From NCBI GenBank assembly GCA_020891255.1, contig BQFW01000003.1:806001-870000 (forward strand): a DNA stretch of 64,000 bases, written 5' to 3'. The notes beneath the pieces were generated by a model. The model saw only the letters and a program-made list of their open reading frames with translations. It was not told where the DNA came from and searched no databases. Source of the DNA: Entomortierella parvispora E1425. Its lineage: Eukaryota > Fungi > Mortierellomycota. Shown in pieces: positions 63,488-64,000 of this stretch (its first letter is position 1; every line of letters starts with the position of its first letter). The position numbers and the translations under genes were made by a program.

Positions 63488-64000
63488 GATGGTAATTGAG
63501 GAGAGAGGGTACGGTATGAGACGAAGTGGTGGTGAGGGAAAAGATAAAAAATTGTGGAGAGAAGAATAAGAGAAAGAAAAGAAAGAAAGAAAGGCAAGGA
63601 CGTTGAAGAGGTTCTGCTTTTTATCTCTTGTTTTGGTCTCTCCAGCAGCAAGCATTCCTCCTTCCAAAAAGAAGAAAAGGAGGCACGAACCTCGTTACTC
63701 AAACCAAAAAAAAAAAAAAAAAAAAAAAATTGAAGACCTGGCGACATTTTCATTCGCCCACAGGGGGGGTCAACAGAGTCGAAACCTGAAAAAGCCAAGA
63801 AAATAAAAACTGAGCCCCGAGGGCGAGGGGTTGGAAGGTTCAGCTTTTTAGGTCGTTTCCAACTTCCAAGTGGCGTCGGTGGCGCAAGAGCCATCCTCAG
63901 CAGACAAGAATCTTTTTTAATCATTTTTTTGTATCCCAGCTGAGAAGGACTGGAGACAGCAAAAAAGGATGGGTGTTCTATCTAAAAAAGTTCACTCGTC

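Noticed and set aside
1-64000. rRNA, tRNA or intact transposon genes
   Set aside because: None recognised by eye; tRNAscan-SE, Infernal and RepeatMasker would be needed to exclude them formally.

Overview
Intron-containing fungal DNA. Short GT-AG introns with poly-T tracts and the gene set suggest an early-diverging fungus such as Mortierellaceae (inference). Housekeeping genes: MMS19 (cut by the left edge), MCM10, an ankyrin-containing L-asparaginase, CTF4/Mcl1, URA3/pyrG, glucosidase II alpha and TOF1/Timeless. The main signal is a candidate biosynthetic gene cluster at about 7.8-38.8 kb for which I know no characterised pathway. Five genes look bacterial: an APH/choline-kinase-like phosphotransferase, a stand-alone BtaA/DUF3419 SAM aminocarboxypropyl-transferase-like gene, a GNAT-like gene, an atypical UbiA prenyltransferase, and an approximately 1,835-aa fusion of an OleC-like adenylation domain with a rifampicin-phosphotransferase/PigC-type dikinase. 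All five carry spliceosomal introns. They lie beside an ABCG transporter, a P450 and a fatty acyl-CoA reductase, forming three divergent gene pairs. Other observations: a tandemly duplicated exon-intron module at 44-46 kb, SQ-containing 27-aa repeats at the end of TOF1, a GC-AG intron in MMS19 and a small Q-rich, Cys-rich protein. Exon boundaries and family assignments were read by eye; no searches were run.
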